Below, piece after piece: positions 25,414 to 37,037 of a DNA stretch of 64,000 bases. The notes beneath the pieces are model-generated. The model searched no databases. It saw only the letters and a program-made list of their open reading frames with translations, and had not been told where the DNA came from. A program made the position numbers and the translations under genes. Position 1 is the first letter of the stretch. Each line of letters starts with the position of its first letter. This DNA comes from Amoebophrya sp. A120 (Eukaryota; Protista; Dinoflagellata). Location of the stretch: NCBI GenBank assembly GCA_905178155.1, contig CAJINV010000005.1:3947556-4011555 (forward strand), in the 5' to 3' direction.

Positions 25414-26367
25414 AGCATAAGATATTGTTCACAATGCACTCTTGACACAGAAGCAGTCCTCGCTGGCTTGTAGCAGAGCTATCTCTCGAACAAACGAATA
25501 CTGCAAAAAGGGCACCACAAAGACGACGCAGCCCCTTAATACTCCCCTTGAGACTGAAAATTTGCAAGCAGGAAAATCTTGTAACCAACAGACATAAGTG
25601 CATAATATGCAGCTCCTCCTGCAGTTCCCGCGACACAAACTTATCACTGTTGGTCGAAATGAGGTCCCACATACGTGACCTACGTAACGGGAAGTAGTGC
25701 GTTTTGTCGGCAAAAAAAGTTGTTTGTCGGGAACAGTGTGGTCAATGCACGTCGAGCAGGTTTTTATGCCACATCATCCGCAGCTGTGCAAAACACAACC
25801 AAATTCGTAGCTGCAAGCTCAGCCTGCCTCGTCGATATTCCATTTCATTGGGCCACTTCATGCCTAAAATTTCAAGTGAATTTTCAAATGTGCCGTTTTG
25901 AGCAGGGCACGCAGTTTTTCTTTACTGTTGCATTTTCGTTTGACAGGTGAATCCGGTTTGCAAATTGTGTCAAAGATACATCAACTACGAGAAGTGCTTT
26001 GTGCATGCGAAAAGTGCGACTACGGTACTTACTTTATTCTCTGAAACGACAAAACTAACTCTACCCCGTGCTTCTCTCGAAACGACAAAAATATAGTGCA
26101 TTTAGAGTAGAGCAGAAAATTTTTCGAAAGTAGTAAACTGGAAACAGGAGGTGCTTGAAAAGAAAAGGAAGCTCATTTACGTTGTCATGAAGGCTTTCTT
26201 CATGATGTTCGGACAAACAGCACTATAAGAACGCTAGTACCAAATCATAATCAAGAACAGGTGAAAAACAAAAACGCGAGCTCGTTCTACGTCACCCGCT
26301 GTGAACTCAAATGTAATTTTATCTTACTTCATCACCCACGTACGAGCACCTGGTGCCGCTTGACGGT

Positions 26368-28917
26368 TTAAGGGGGCGGGTCTGGCTGGGACACCCCCTC
26401 GCCGCTGGTGTTTGCTGTCTGCCGCGGTCCTCTCCACCGCGATAGCGTTTCCATCAAGAGTACATCTCGATAGGTGTGTGTGCTTGCCCGGACGGTGTTC
26501 AAAATTTGCTGCAGCTTATCGACTACCGACATGCGCGAGTAGTGGGTTATGACTCTGTAGTCGTTCGGGCCGAAGGCCTCTTGCTGATAGAGGTCGGTCC
26601 AATAATCGTAGGCGTCGTGAAGTCGCTGCTCCAGCTCCTCAACCGTGAGACTCCTCTGCCGTGGCGCGTGGGTTTCGCCCCCGATGCCGCGCCCGAACCA
26701 CTTCGTGCGGCTCGGCAGGCTCAACGTTTCGTCGATAATCATGCGCGCCAGCTCGCGGTCTGCCGGGTCGTACGACCTGGCAGGTCTTCCGTGCTGTGCG
26801 GTTTCTTGTCGCCCCGTGCTCTGGCTGGCGTGATGATTCGCAATTAGTTCACTCCAGAGACCGTCCGCCACAAATTGTTGTCTTCCGCCTTCCTCATCGG
26901 GGACAAGATACGAGGCATGGCTTGCTTCTTCATTTGCTTGTTCGCAACAGCGCCGGTCTACTCCTGAAACTTGCGATGTGCCGTTTTTTCGCGCTTTATC
27001 CGTACTGTCAGCTGTTCTTTGTGGTCTTTCCACGCTTTTTCCTGACAGAGCTGCGCAGGTGGAGACGGCGCGACGCTTGCGGTGGCGCAGCACGGCATCG
27101 TGTACCAAGTCAACCAGTAGACTGACCCCGCCCGATTGCACGAGCGTCCGAGAAAGGAAGAGCAGGATCATCCGGGCCTGCTCCAGCAGATGTACAAGCC
27201 TTGAGCACACACTACTTTCTTCAGTAGCAGTGCCCGTGCCGCGCGAAGATGGGTTCTTGCAAAAAATCTCCAATGGCGAAAACAGATGCTGACCGGGAGT
27301 CGCGGTTTTTCCCCCTAGTACCCCCGGGGAGACGCTGCCGCTCCTCTCGCGTGTGTTTGCCGTGGTTATTTTCGCCCGTATCAACTCGGACAAGTTGAGG
27401 TCCAGAAGGCCCGTGCGTGCGACGTGCTGTCGCAGGCACGACCGGACTGCCTGCAGATTCGAAGTCTCCTGGGCGTCCGAACTACGCGAGGGTGGTATGA
27501 CGTGGCGGTCGTTTTTGCCTGGCAGCGGTAAAATCGACCTTGTTGGGGACAAAAGAGACGCTGCTTTCGCCGGAGATGAAACAGTAGCAGGCAAGGCTTC
27601 GGCCTGCGAATCAGATTGCGGTCTACTGGCGGCGCGCAGCAGCGTCCGGAATGTCGTGGACGCTATTGACGCTGTATCTGCGGCCATCGTGCGGGCGGCT
27701 GCATTGTGTGGAGCAGAAGGGCGAGGCTGATACGTGGTCGACGGCGTTGTGCACCGGCGTGGAAATTGACTGTGCGGTGCGAGATCCAGCAGGGTGCCGC
27801 GGTGGTCCCAGCGGTGCCAGACTTCGTGTGCAGAGGGCAACAAATCATACAAGTGGGGCTCAGAAACAGAAACTACACTTGTTGCCTCGTGGTCCACATT
27901 AGCGCTTCGCGCAGCTGGGGTCCCAAATCTGCTCGCAGGAAAATACATGTAGGGGTTCCGGAATCCATTCGCACTCTCTCCGTTTCTTGGTACGAAAAAG
28001 GAAGTAGACGCACTAGAAGCGACATTCCCATTTGTTTCCGGGGCAGTCGCACGGTCCACGAGATAGACTTCTCGCGCAAAAATCATAACTTGTAGAGTCA
28101 CCACGAACAGCATCGCTGCTCTGCCGCCCGCAATCCAGTGTCGCTCGAGACCACGCGTCGCCCGCTGATGCTCCGCGCGAATAACAGTGATGGAGCTGGG
28201 GCACGCCCTAACGACGTTTCGCGCGACGCTGTTCAGAAACATCCGGGGCTGCACGCGGTGCTCGGAAGGCGTTGGGGTTGGCGCAAGCGTGACACTTCTG
28301 CTTGAAGATGAATCGGGCAGCACGACGTTTCGGTGGTGCGCAGGATGCAAGATGTTTTCATGCATGATGCCCCGCCGGGAGAACGTATTCACAGCGGCTG
28401 CTCCGTGCGACGACGAAGTTCGACTGCGCGCACCATTGCTGTTTCCGTTTGGAGTTCCGCGTCCTAGCTGGTTCTCCGCTGTGGCAGGGCTCCCAGCCGC
28501 CAGCTCCACGTGCACCAAGCAGTGAACCCAGTCGAGCAGCCGCAGCGCAGCGGGGTCGTTCGACGGCACCTCCGTGCCTGCTTCGATTGGTGCGTCGCGA
28601 CTTCTTGGCACGACCTGTCTCACAGCCTCAGAAAATTTCATTCGGACCGCTTCCTTCAGTTGCGTGCAGGCCGCTGTGCTGTCTTGTGCCTGATACAAGT
28701 CGTCGTCCAAAAAAAACTGCTCCCCCAGACGCCACCCATCCTGGTCAGCGCTGCCATCCAAGGCAAGCCGGCCGTACAAAAATTGCGAGATGTTGTCCAC
28801 GGCTTCGAGCGGCAACAAGACATGGTGATCGACGTGCGCATCCTCGAAAGCAGCTGCACGCACACCCAAAATTGAGGAACAAAAAGCGCCAAGAATGCCC
28901 CACGATTTGGGAACCAT
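26368..28917 (-). CDS. Intronless 849-aa hypothetical protein, probable signal peptide
   Basis: Long ORF with a hydrophobic N-terminus (WGILGAFCSSILGVRA); no family recognised. Confidence 0.65.
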   Translation of the reverse strand: MVPKSWGILGAFCSSILGVRAAAFEDAHVDHHVLLPLEAVDNISQFLYGRLALDGSADQDGWRLGEQFFLDDDLYQAQDSTAACTQLKEAVRMKFSEAVRQVVPRSRDAPIEAGTEVPSNDPAALRLLDWVHCLVHVELAAGSPATAENQLGRGTPNGNSNGARSRTSSSHGAAAVNTFSRRGIMHENILHPAHHRNVVLPDSSSSRSVTLAPTPTPSEHRVQPRMFLNSVARNVVRACPSSITVIRAEHQRATRGLERHWIAGGRAAMLFVVTLQVMIFAREVYLVDRATAPETNGNVASSASTSFFVPRNGESANGFRNPYMYFPASRFGTPAARSANVDHEATSVVSVSEPHLYDLLPSAHEVWHRWDHRGTLLDLAPHSQFPRRCTTPSTTYQPRPSAPHNAAARTMAADTASIASTTFRTLLRAASRPQSDSQAEALPATVSSPAKAASLLSPTRSILPLPGKNDRHVIPPSRSSDAQETSNLQAVRSCLRQHVARTGLLDLNLSELIRAKITTANTRERSGSVSPGVLGGKTATPGQHLFSPLEIFCKNPSSRGTGTATEESSVCSRLVHLLEQARMILLFLSRTLVQSGGVSLLVDLVHDAVLRHRKRRAVSTCAALSGKSVERPQRTADSTDKARKNGTSQVSGVDRRCCEQANEEASHASYLVPDEEGGRQQFVADGLWSELIANHHASQSTGRQETAQHGRPARSYDPADRELARMIIDETLSLPSRTKWFGRGIGGETHAPRQRSLTVEELEQRLHDAYDYWTDLYQQEAFGPNDYRVITHYSRMSVVDKLQQILNTVRASTHTYRDVLLMETLSRWRGPRQTANTSGEGVSQPDPPP

Positions 28918-29596
28918 CCTCTCGTCTACTCCAGAAAAGAACCAAGGCTTACAAATGCCACGATGTTACAAGACGACGACCAAAATGCCAGCGTACCCAT
29001 ACAAAGAGGAGAACCAGAAATTGCGGAAATGTATTGTCATTTCATTTTCAAGAAGGCATCAGAACCAAACGAAATAATTATAGGGCTTGCGTAGAGTACC
29101 TTCCAAGGAGTGTAAATTTTTCTCAGATTCAATTACACGATTTGAGTTGACCTTCAGCAGCTGTCGCGCAAAAGCGCAACAACCTCCGAACATCTCTTCA
29201 AAAGTTTTCATCATGGATATGGAAGCGGGTAGTGTATGAACGGATGATGCTCTCACGAAGTACTTGATAGATTATCAGGATGAGTCAAAGCAGAAGTTTC
29301 CACTCTTCAGCACGAGGCGTTCAATGGAAAGCGAACAAAATCTCTTTCACCCATGCATAAGGGCTAAAAACCCAGACGACGTGGAAAACCTGCTCTGTGC
29401 AAGCGCACAAACATCCGCGCCTACCCGAGGATACATTTCGCTATCCCTTCTTATGGATGCGGACAACGCGAGGTCGTCACTGATCAGAGATTGTTCTTGA
29501 CTCATACTGAGGTCTGTTACAATTTTTCGCTTCGCTTGTTTCCTAAAGTACTACTCAATCAGTCAGGATCAGGAAAGTAGATGTTGTAATGGCTCC

Positions 29597-32500
29597 TCAC
29601 CATTCAGTTTCTCGGTAGTCCTTCAAAAACATACCGAAAGGTGGTTGCTGCTTCTTCTGTCCGGCGGCGCCTGCCCCACCGCTGGACCCCGCATCTTTCT
29701 CTTTGTCTGACATGGAAGCGTTATTTCCTTCGGCTTTGTCTGCCAAACACACTCCGTTGACGTCGTAAATCCACGAGAAGACGGGGTCCAGAATTCTTGC
29801 CGCCGCGTCAATCTCGTCGATCGGTGTTTGCCACTTGGACGAGACCGCGTGCTGGAACGCCTGCTTGACCGGCTTCTCGTCGTTGATCCACCCGGTGTCC
29901 ACCGAATTCATGAAGATGTTGCTATTTTTCGCGTAGTCATTGGCATATCCTGAGTAAAAACGTACCCACACCAGAGTCAAGCTGGGAAATCTGCTAGACA
30001 AATCTGTCAGCTTTTGCTGCTGCGCATGACAAGTTTGGCCTCGCAGTGTAATCCTGTTTAGCTTGTTCAGCAGCATCTGAGATCTAGCATATCATGCTGA
30101 TTCTAGCATCACAAATCCCACAACACGACTAGAGACTGCTTCTCATGGGTCTCCGCATGAGAGACATTTTCAGCATGCAGATTTGCATGGCAACTCTGGT
30201 GTGGGTACGTTTTTACTCAGGATATGGCACTGGTTTTCGTCATCATGTTGAGCGCGGCCTTGGCCATGTTGGTGTGCGGGTGGTTTGCCGTCTTGTACCG
30301 GTAGAATTTCCCCTCCATCGCGGAGACGTTGACGATGAAGCGCCGGGTGTGCGTGCCGGTTTGGCTTTTTTCCAGGAGCGGCTTCAGACGCCCGTTCATC
30401 ACGAACGGGGCCATGGCATTGATCAAAAAGCACTCGACCAGCTCCGGCGTCTCCACTTCCTCGAGCTTGAACACCCAGCTGTGGCGGTCGCGGTAGTCGA
30501 TCAGCTGCCCGTTCACGTCGGTGTAGCCGGGGAGGTCCTTCGACCCGAGCTTCACCTTCGCATCGTCCTTAACGCATAAATGTAGGTGCGCGTGCTGTTG
30601 CTGCGCGTCCAGATCCACTTCCACTTCCGAGGGGGAGGACGGTCGTGTGCTCCGTGAGGCGGACACGTGGTGGTCCTTCTGTTGGGTACTAGCAGTGTCC
30701 ATGTAGCAGGACGCAAGGGTCGTGGTTGTCGTGGTACTTTTGCAGCTGCTGCTCGACGTGGTGGTTCCTGCACGACCACTGTCAGCTGCGCTTCTATTTC
30801 CATCATTCCTAGCCTCCGGTGACGTAGACGTGCTCGACGGCACCGCCGTGGAAGTCGTCGACCCCGAACTGCCGGTCGGAGACAGGAACAATTCGTTCTT
30901 CAGCGCGGCTGCCCGCCCGTAGTCGTAAAACACGCCCTGGGTCGGACACAGCGAATCCTCGTCCACAAGAAGAGCAGGTGGTTGCTGCGCGTCGGTGCTC
31001 AACGGCACAGAAGGTTGTACATGTGGACTGGGGATTATATCGATATTATCCTCTCCACCTGCTGCGCCCTGCGCCAACATTGCTTGGCTCACCACGTCCG
31101 CACAAGACAGCTGCTCCTTCTCCCGCAGGGGCTCGTAGTAAGCTTGGGGCCGTCTTATTGTCTGACAAGCGTTGTGGATAACGCCATCCAGGTGGTCGTA
31201 GTTCTCCAATACCAAGTATGCCATAGCAAAGCAACCTCCATCCAGTCTCAGTTCTCCTGCAAAGTTGTCATGACTTTAGTTACAGTATTTCCAGACATTT
31301 TTCGCTCCTGCGCACACTCCGTTTGCGCAAGAGTACGCGCTGTGGGTCAACTGTTGACGCTGCAAGGCGCGTTGTGCGTGTTCATCGCTTTTTATTCACC
31401 ACCGAAACTACAGAAATGCACAGTTCATGTCGAGAAGCAGACCTGCAAAGTCAACGCTACGCATTTTGTGGCATGCAAAAGAGGACTCGCTGCGTTTGAG
31501 TCCACTTTTACGATGTGTTGCACAACCTTCAAAGGAACGAGGGACCATAGGAGGAGTTGTTCACTGCTTCATACGTAGTCGCACAACTGTTCGACCCGCG
31601 GTAGGAAGCGTAGGTCGACGCCGAGCAGAACTAGCCTGTCGGCAATGGACTTGTTGTTGTTTTCGGGGTCTTGGCGGAAAAACTGTTCCTTCCCGTAAAA
31701 ATTGACGAACCTCTCGAGACAATCGTTCCTGAACCGCGAGGTCACGAGCACAGTTGCGCCTGCGTTGAGAAGCTTCAGGGCCGTATGAAAACCGATCTTC
31801 ACGCGGCCACCAGTCACGAGGAAGATGTAGCTGTCGTTGAGAAGCGGCTGTTGGAACCGCTTGCTGTAGTTCAACGCGGCGCAGGGTGGGCACAAACTGT
31901 CGTAGAAGTGGTGAAGCGACCAGAACTTGATTTTACACACATAACAGGACCGAGGCCGCTGCAGCTGCACGCCAGCGGCTCTGCTGGCGCTGTCCTTGTC
32001 GTCCGGATGTTGACACGAGGAGAAACGGTCCTCCCCTTGATGTTCTTCGGTACAACTCTCAGCCGGCATGACTGAGCCCGACGCGACTTCGGCGCTCGCT
32101 GCCGAAGGTTCGTCGCGACCGCATGAAGACTGACGACTGCGTTTCAGGGACTCGGACCGAGACGTGCGGTTTGGAGACAGTGACTCATCGGCCATGCCAC
32201 CAGGCGAGACCCCAAGAGGCGCGGGACTACAAACTCCATGATCGCTAGTTTGTGGCTCCGCCTCTACTGCCTGCTTCGTGTCTTCCAAACTACCGGCCCC
32301 GTTTGCCAGCGCAGCAAGCGGCTCCTGAAACGTGTGAAAGGTTGCTCCGTCGGGAACCAAATTGAGTTCCCGCAAATCTGCATCGTTAACGTCGCACAAG
32401 CTCGCCATCGCCTGCAACCGACCCTGGCGGAGTGCTGTTTTGCGAATATCAAGAAAGTGAAAGCAAAATTTTTATATTCTTAGAACAATATTTCTTGCGC

Positions 32501-34544
32501 AGTTCCAACCCGGGGTGCGGATACCGGCTCACGCTAGAAGCAAAATTGTAGTCAGACTATGGGTGATGTGTAGAATTGTCTCATCACATCTCTCAGACGA
32601 ACGAGACCTATTCTTGCATTGCATCATGCAGATATGAAACAAGAAATGGCTCCCATGGTCGCGATTGCGTGTATGTGTGAGCTTGCAAAATCAGAGTGGT
32701 GATGCATGGTGTAAAACATTTTAATCCACATTGTTCATTTTCGGAACAGGTCTGTGAATTATGTTACGCTGTCCTCATTGTCATTTCATGCTTCAGCGCT
32801 AGCACAGATACGACTATTTCAAAGAGGTCGGGGCCACAGCTTCTTATGAAACTTTCGCGGAAGTAAAGCATCAAAATTCAGTACAGCGGAGAAATTTTTG
32901 TCAGCATGAACAGTATTTCTTGCGCAGTTCTTCCATGCCGGCATGCGGATACCGGCTCACGCTAGAAGCAAAATTATAGTCAGACTATGGGTGATGTGTA
33001 GAAATAGAATTGTCTCATCACATCTCTCAGACGAACGAGACCTATTCTTGCATTGCATCATGCAGATATGAAACAAGAAATGGGTCCCTTGGTCGCGATT
33101 GCGTGTATCATATGTTAGTTTGCAAAATCAGAGTGGTGATGCATGGTGTAAAACATTTTAATCCACATTGTTCATTTTCGGAACAGGTCTGTGAATTATG
33201 TTACGCTTTCCTCATTTTATGCTTCATCGCTAGCATAGATACGACTATTTCAAAGAGGAACGTCGTCGGGGCCACTTATGAAACTTTCGCGGAAGTGAAG
33301 CATCGAAATTCAGTACAGCGGAGAAATTTTGTCAGCACAACCAACCCTAATCAAGGCTGATTCAGGTCTGTTGAGCTTGAATAAACGGTTTGGTCATCAT
33401 TCTACAGGAGATATGTGATGCAAATCGCGCTGAGGTAGAGGTCAGAGTGGTGCATGACATTTAAATCCACATTGTTCATTTTCGGAACAGATCTGTGAAT
33501 TTGATGTACATTTTCATCCTGAAAAAATGCGGCGCTCCATGGTGCCACCGCAGAAAAAGGTCCATCTTAATGTTACTTTGCGAGACTAGGATCGATATCG
33601 AAACTGATTCAGTACAGCGGAGAAATATTGTCAGCTTAATCAAACCTAATCAAGGCAGATTCAGGTCTGTTGAGCTTGAATAAACGGTTTGGTCATCATT
33701 CTGTACGACATATAATTCGATACAAATGCAAATCGCGCCGAGGTAGAGGTCAGAGTGGTGCATGACATTTCAATCCACATTGTTCATTTTCGGAACAGAT
33801 CTGTGAATTTGATGTACTTTGTCATCCTGAAGAAATGCTGCGCAAAGGCAAACTGTCGAAATGCATACTTATCCGAGATCGAAGGAGATTCAGTACAGCG
33901 GAGAAATAATGTCAGCACAATCGAACCTAATCCAGGCGGATTCAGGTCTGTTGAGCTTGATTGAAAAGGCTCATCATTCTTTCTTTGCTCCTAATGTTCA
34001 GGGCGGCGAAGATGCGTAAAATTTCAGACCGCAAACATTAGAAGAAACAATCACTCAGAGTGATGGCGCATGGCGATAGAGCAAGGCGAAGTCGTGTATT
34101 TCGGAACAGATCTGTGGTGACCACAAAGTTCTAAACCTAATAGGAAGTAGTACCCACGGACTCCATTCGTTTCGCGTCTTCGCTCATCATGGTCTGTCGG
34201 CGCCACGCCTTCTTTATTTTCTCCTCTTTCTTTCGCACTTTTTCGTCCAGTGCTTTCTTGTTCGGCAGCGTCTTGGCACTAATCTGGTTCACAAGTCGCC
34301 GTATTTTCTTCAGTAGCTTCGTCCGTGCATCAGGCTCCGTAGCAACGTCGGTCGCGTGTTCGTGCGCCTCAATTTCCGACAGGACCGTTTCATCCTGCTG
34401 CAGGGTTTGCAACACATTTGCGCAGCAATCCAGCGATTCTAGAGAGAGATCCATCGACGTCCCTCTTGTAAGGGCCTCAGCGTATTGATGCTGTTGGCCC
34501 CCAGCAGGCCGCGATGGTGACGAAGGTGTGGACCCACGAGTCAT
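29597..34544 (-). CDS. Extended short-chain dehydrogenase/reductase with CxxC..CxxC motif, multi-exon
   Basis: CYVCK...HHFYDSLCPPCAALN, VTGGRVKIG, HNACQTIRRP, NVSAMEGKF, HPHTNMAKAALNMMTKTSA|NDYA and NSVDTGWINDE. Confidence 0.85.
29946..30224. mobile_element. Introner family B
   Basis: TIR TATCCTGAGTAAAAACGTACCCACACCAGAGT, perfect on both ends; TSD TGGCA. Removal restores TSA-NDYA. Confidence 0.95.
31217..31573. mobile_element. Eroded introner-type intron
   Basis: TATG...CATA ends with 5-nt flanks CCAAG/CGTAG. Removal gives LCDY-VLENYDHLD; there is no AG acceptor at this junction. Confidence 0.6.
32552..32627 (-). ncRNA. Box C/D snoRNA type A, copy 1 (18S guides)
   Basis: ATGATGC..GGTCTCGTTCGT-CTGA..GTGATGA..CATCACCCATAGT-CTGA. 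Guides are antisense to 18S ACGAACGAGACC and CTATGGGTGGTG. Confidence 0.85.
32691..32778 (-). ncRNA. Box C/D snoRNA type B (long variant), copy 1
   Basis: ATGAGGA..TCACAGACCTGTT-CCGA..CCATGCATCACCACT-CTGA. Antisense to 18S AACAGGTCTGTGA (snR56/U25 site) and GTGGTGGTGCATGG. Confidence 0.85.
32980..33061 (-). ncRNA. Box C/D snoRNA type A, copy 2
   Basis: Near-identical to 32552-32627. Confidence 0.85.
33128..33215 (-). ncRNA. Box C/D snoRNA type B (long variant), copy 2
   Basis: Near-identical to 32691-32778. Confidence 0.85.
33310..33400 (-). ncRNA. Box C/D snoRNA type C, copy 1 (LSU guides)
   Basis: ATGATGA..TCAAGCTCAACAGAC-CTGA..GTGCTGA..TTTCTCCGCTGTA-CTGA. Antisense to LSU CTGTTGAGCTTGA and CAGCGGGGAAA. 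Confidence 0.85.
33442..33520 (-). ncRNA. Box C/D snoRNA type B (short variant), copy 3
   Basis: AGGATGA..TCACAGATCTGTT-CCGA..CATGCACCACT-CTGA. Confidence 0.8.
33609..33699 (-). ncRNA. Box C/D snoRNA type C, copy 2
   Basis: Boxes and both guides conserved relative to 33310-33400. Confidence 0.85.
33750..33828 (-). ncRNA. Box C/D snoRNA type B (short variant), copy 4
   Basis: Near-identical to 33442-33520. Confidence 0.8.
33890..33977 (-). ncRNA. Box C/D snoRNA type C, copy 3
   Basis: Boxes and guides conserved, linkers diverged. Confidence 0.8.
34055..34120 (-). ncRNA. Diverged or pseudo type B snoRNA
   Basis: Retains CACAGATCTGTT-CCGA and GCCATGCGCCATCACT-CTGA; box C is unclear. Confidence 0.45.
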
Positions 34545-35177
34545 TATTTCCCCAATACTATATGTCGACTTCTATCATCTACTGCTCCGGATTACAAATG
34601 AACATCGTTTATCCTTCTGTACAATACGTCTTGCTTTCTCAAGCCTCACTGGAAATGTGTTGGAAAAGCCAAAACGTGATCGGACGAAGACAGAGCGAAG
34701 AGCAATAGGCTTGAACCAAATTTGCAGGAGGGGAAGGAGAACTTTGGAAATTCCACACGAAAAAGCATTTGCAACAGACTGGACCTCATTTCAAATTTAA
34801 CATCTTGATCTTTGGCTTGAAGAGGATCGATTTCACTTCCACACCAGTACCACCATTCACCGAGCCAGCAGGAAGCTGCATGAGAAATTATGATAGACAT
34901 TTTGATTTTTCCTCAGAGACCCGAGATCCGCATTATTACGAACTGCGCCTTTTGAGTTTGAACGGATCTCCTGCTGCGAACACATTTTCTCTAAACTACC
35001 AGACAAACCGATAGATACCGAAACGCAGAACTCGAGCGCAACATAATTCCACGTGGTATGCAGGAACTCTCCTGCGCCTTTGGAAACTGGCAGCCATGTT
35101 CTTCGCCTGCCAGGATCTTTTGAGGGAAAGAGAAACGTCTGTGTCTGTCAGTGTACTTTTTTTACTTGGTTGCATTT

Positions 35178-36748
35178 TTACTTCATTTTACACACGGCGA
35201 CCATGCCGCCCTCGATTGGCAGCGTTGCTCCGTTAATCATACCGGACTGCGTTGTGTCCAGAAGAAACAAGACCGGTTTCACAACGTCACTCTCCTCCGC
35301 AAACTGCTCCAGCGGAATGCGCGTGAGCATCGGACCTCCCTTCGCGGGATCCCCCCACACACGGCGTCCCATTGGTGTCATGATGACCTGCAGAGATAAA
35401 ATTTAAATTTTCCTCCTCACGGATCTCCACCGGGGATCAAGGTCTATCTGTCATCAGAGAGCTGGGTTAGTTGTTTTGTCTCCATCGCCCTCGCGAGCTA
35501 GGCAGAAGACCATCGTGAGAACGAACTATTTCTCATCACATTTTTAAGGTCGCGCAATTCTCGCTTCGGAGCCTTACTCTCCAGGTGTTCCTGGAGTTCA
35601 TGCACCATTTTGTTGCACTGCACGAAAATGATCATGCTTCAGGCAATATCAGAGAGCTGGGTTAGTTGTTTTGTCTCCACCGCCCTCGCGAGCTAGCAGA
35701 AGACCATCGTGAGAACGAACTATTTCTCATCACTGAATCGTATTACCTGAAAATCCATGTACTAAATTTTAGTTGGGAAATCGCGTCTCTCCCGGATGAA
35801 TCTGGCCTGTTCTCAAACCAAAAACGCTTGAGGTCGCTCGTAGATTTAGATTTGGACCAAAAGTCATTTTCGTGCCGTCTTGTATGCAACATCAGAGAGC
35901 TGGGTTAGTTGTTTTGTCTCCACCGCCCTCGCGAGCTAGCAGAAGACCATCGTGAGAACGAACTATTTCTCATCACGAAAGTCCAATTTTGACCAGATCA
36001 CGGAAAGATAAGTATTTACTGGATCATCTTTTTCCCATGGAACGAAGTTTTCAAACAAAAGATTTTTCTCAGCTGCTATGCGAGTTCGAGTGGTTCGAAA
36101 ATTTGCATCGAATTCGCTGAGGGGAATCAAAATCAATCTTCTTGCGAAAAGATGAAAAAGGTTGTACTATACCGTTGGATTCACCGCGTTGCAGCGTATT
36201 TTGTGCGGTCCTAGTTCGAGCGCTGCTGTTTTTGTGAGCAAATCTAGTGCGCCCTTGCTCATGGAGTAGCTGGTATGGTCCTCCAGTGCGAACAAACTCG
36301 CCTGCGAGCTGATATTCACGATGGACTTCTGCTTCACCGCCTCAGCATCCCCGGTGGCGAGCATTTTCTTCACTGCTTTCTGCGTGCAGAGCAGCGGCGC
36401 GAAGGAGTTTACCTTCATCACCTCGGTCCAGGCTTCCTCGGTCACGTCCATCAGGGACTGGGGAATCGACATCCCCGCGTTGTTGACCAGAAAGTGCAGG
36501 TCGTCCACTTGCGCCAGTGCCTCATCCAGGACGGCCCCCGCATTTTCTTTTCCCAGGTCGCCCTGGACGGGGAGAATTTTCTCGGACCCATACTCTTTCA
36601 CGAGCGAGTCCAGGTCCTCTTGCGAGCGGGTGATCGCGACCACTTTACCGATACCGGCCTCAACCAAACCGCCGACCAACGCGCGCCCCAGGCCCTTCCC
36701 GGCACCCGTCACTAGCGCGGTTTTACCCGAAAGACCAGCTGTCATCAT
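35178..36748 (-). CDS. DCXR: L-xylulose reductase / dicarbonyl reductase (classical SDR), 2 exons
   Basis: TGAGKGLG, NNAG, YSMSK and ALELGPHKIRCNAVNPT|VIMTPMG...RIPLEQFAE. GT-AG intron at ~35388-36172. Confidence 0.85.
35454..35539 (-). ncRNA. Box C/D snoRNA type D, copy 1 (U35/snR73-like plus snR69-like guide)
   Basis: GTGATGA..TCTCACGATGGTCT-T-CTGC..AACCCAGCTCT-CTGA. Antisense to LSU AGACCGTCGTGAGA and GAGCTGGGTT. Confidence 0.88.
35649..35733 (-). ncRNA. Box C/D snoRNA type D, copy 2
   Basis: Repeat boundaries coincide with box C and box D. Confidence 0.88.
35892..35976 (-). ncRNA. Box C/D snoRNA type D, copy 3
   Basis: Identical to copy 2. Confidence 0.88.
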
Positions 36749-37037
36749 AATTTCTTGCTCGTTTCCAGAACGACTCAGTGGTAACCCTTTTCTCGAGCAA
36801 AAGACATACCGTCGTGTATCAATCTATTACCACGAACATCTTGTTCTTCAAGAAACAAATCTCGACCTTGCATTCGCATCCCGTTCCCGCCTCTCGATAA
36901 TTCACTTGAAGTACAGCACAGAGCTCGACGGGCTAAAAGAACGCTCTCAAGACACGCAACAATTCTTGTGCCTGGTGGCGTACTTCAAGGGGATATCAGT
37001 CATGTACATACTAGCAGGACTTTGCAGTGCATCTTAG

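Noticed and set aside
33998-34054. Additional C/D snoRNA (GTGATTG..CTGA..CTGA)
   Set aside because: Short, weak box C, and I could not assign an rRNA target.
35454-35976. CRISPR array
   Set aside because: The 85-bp repeats have long unequal spacers, there are no cas genes, and the context is a eukaryotic intron. The repeats are explained as C/D snoRNAs.
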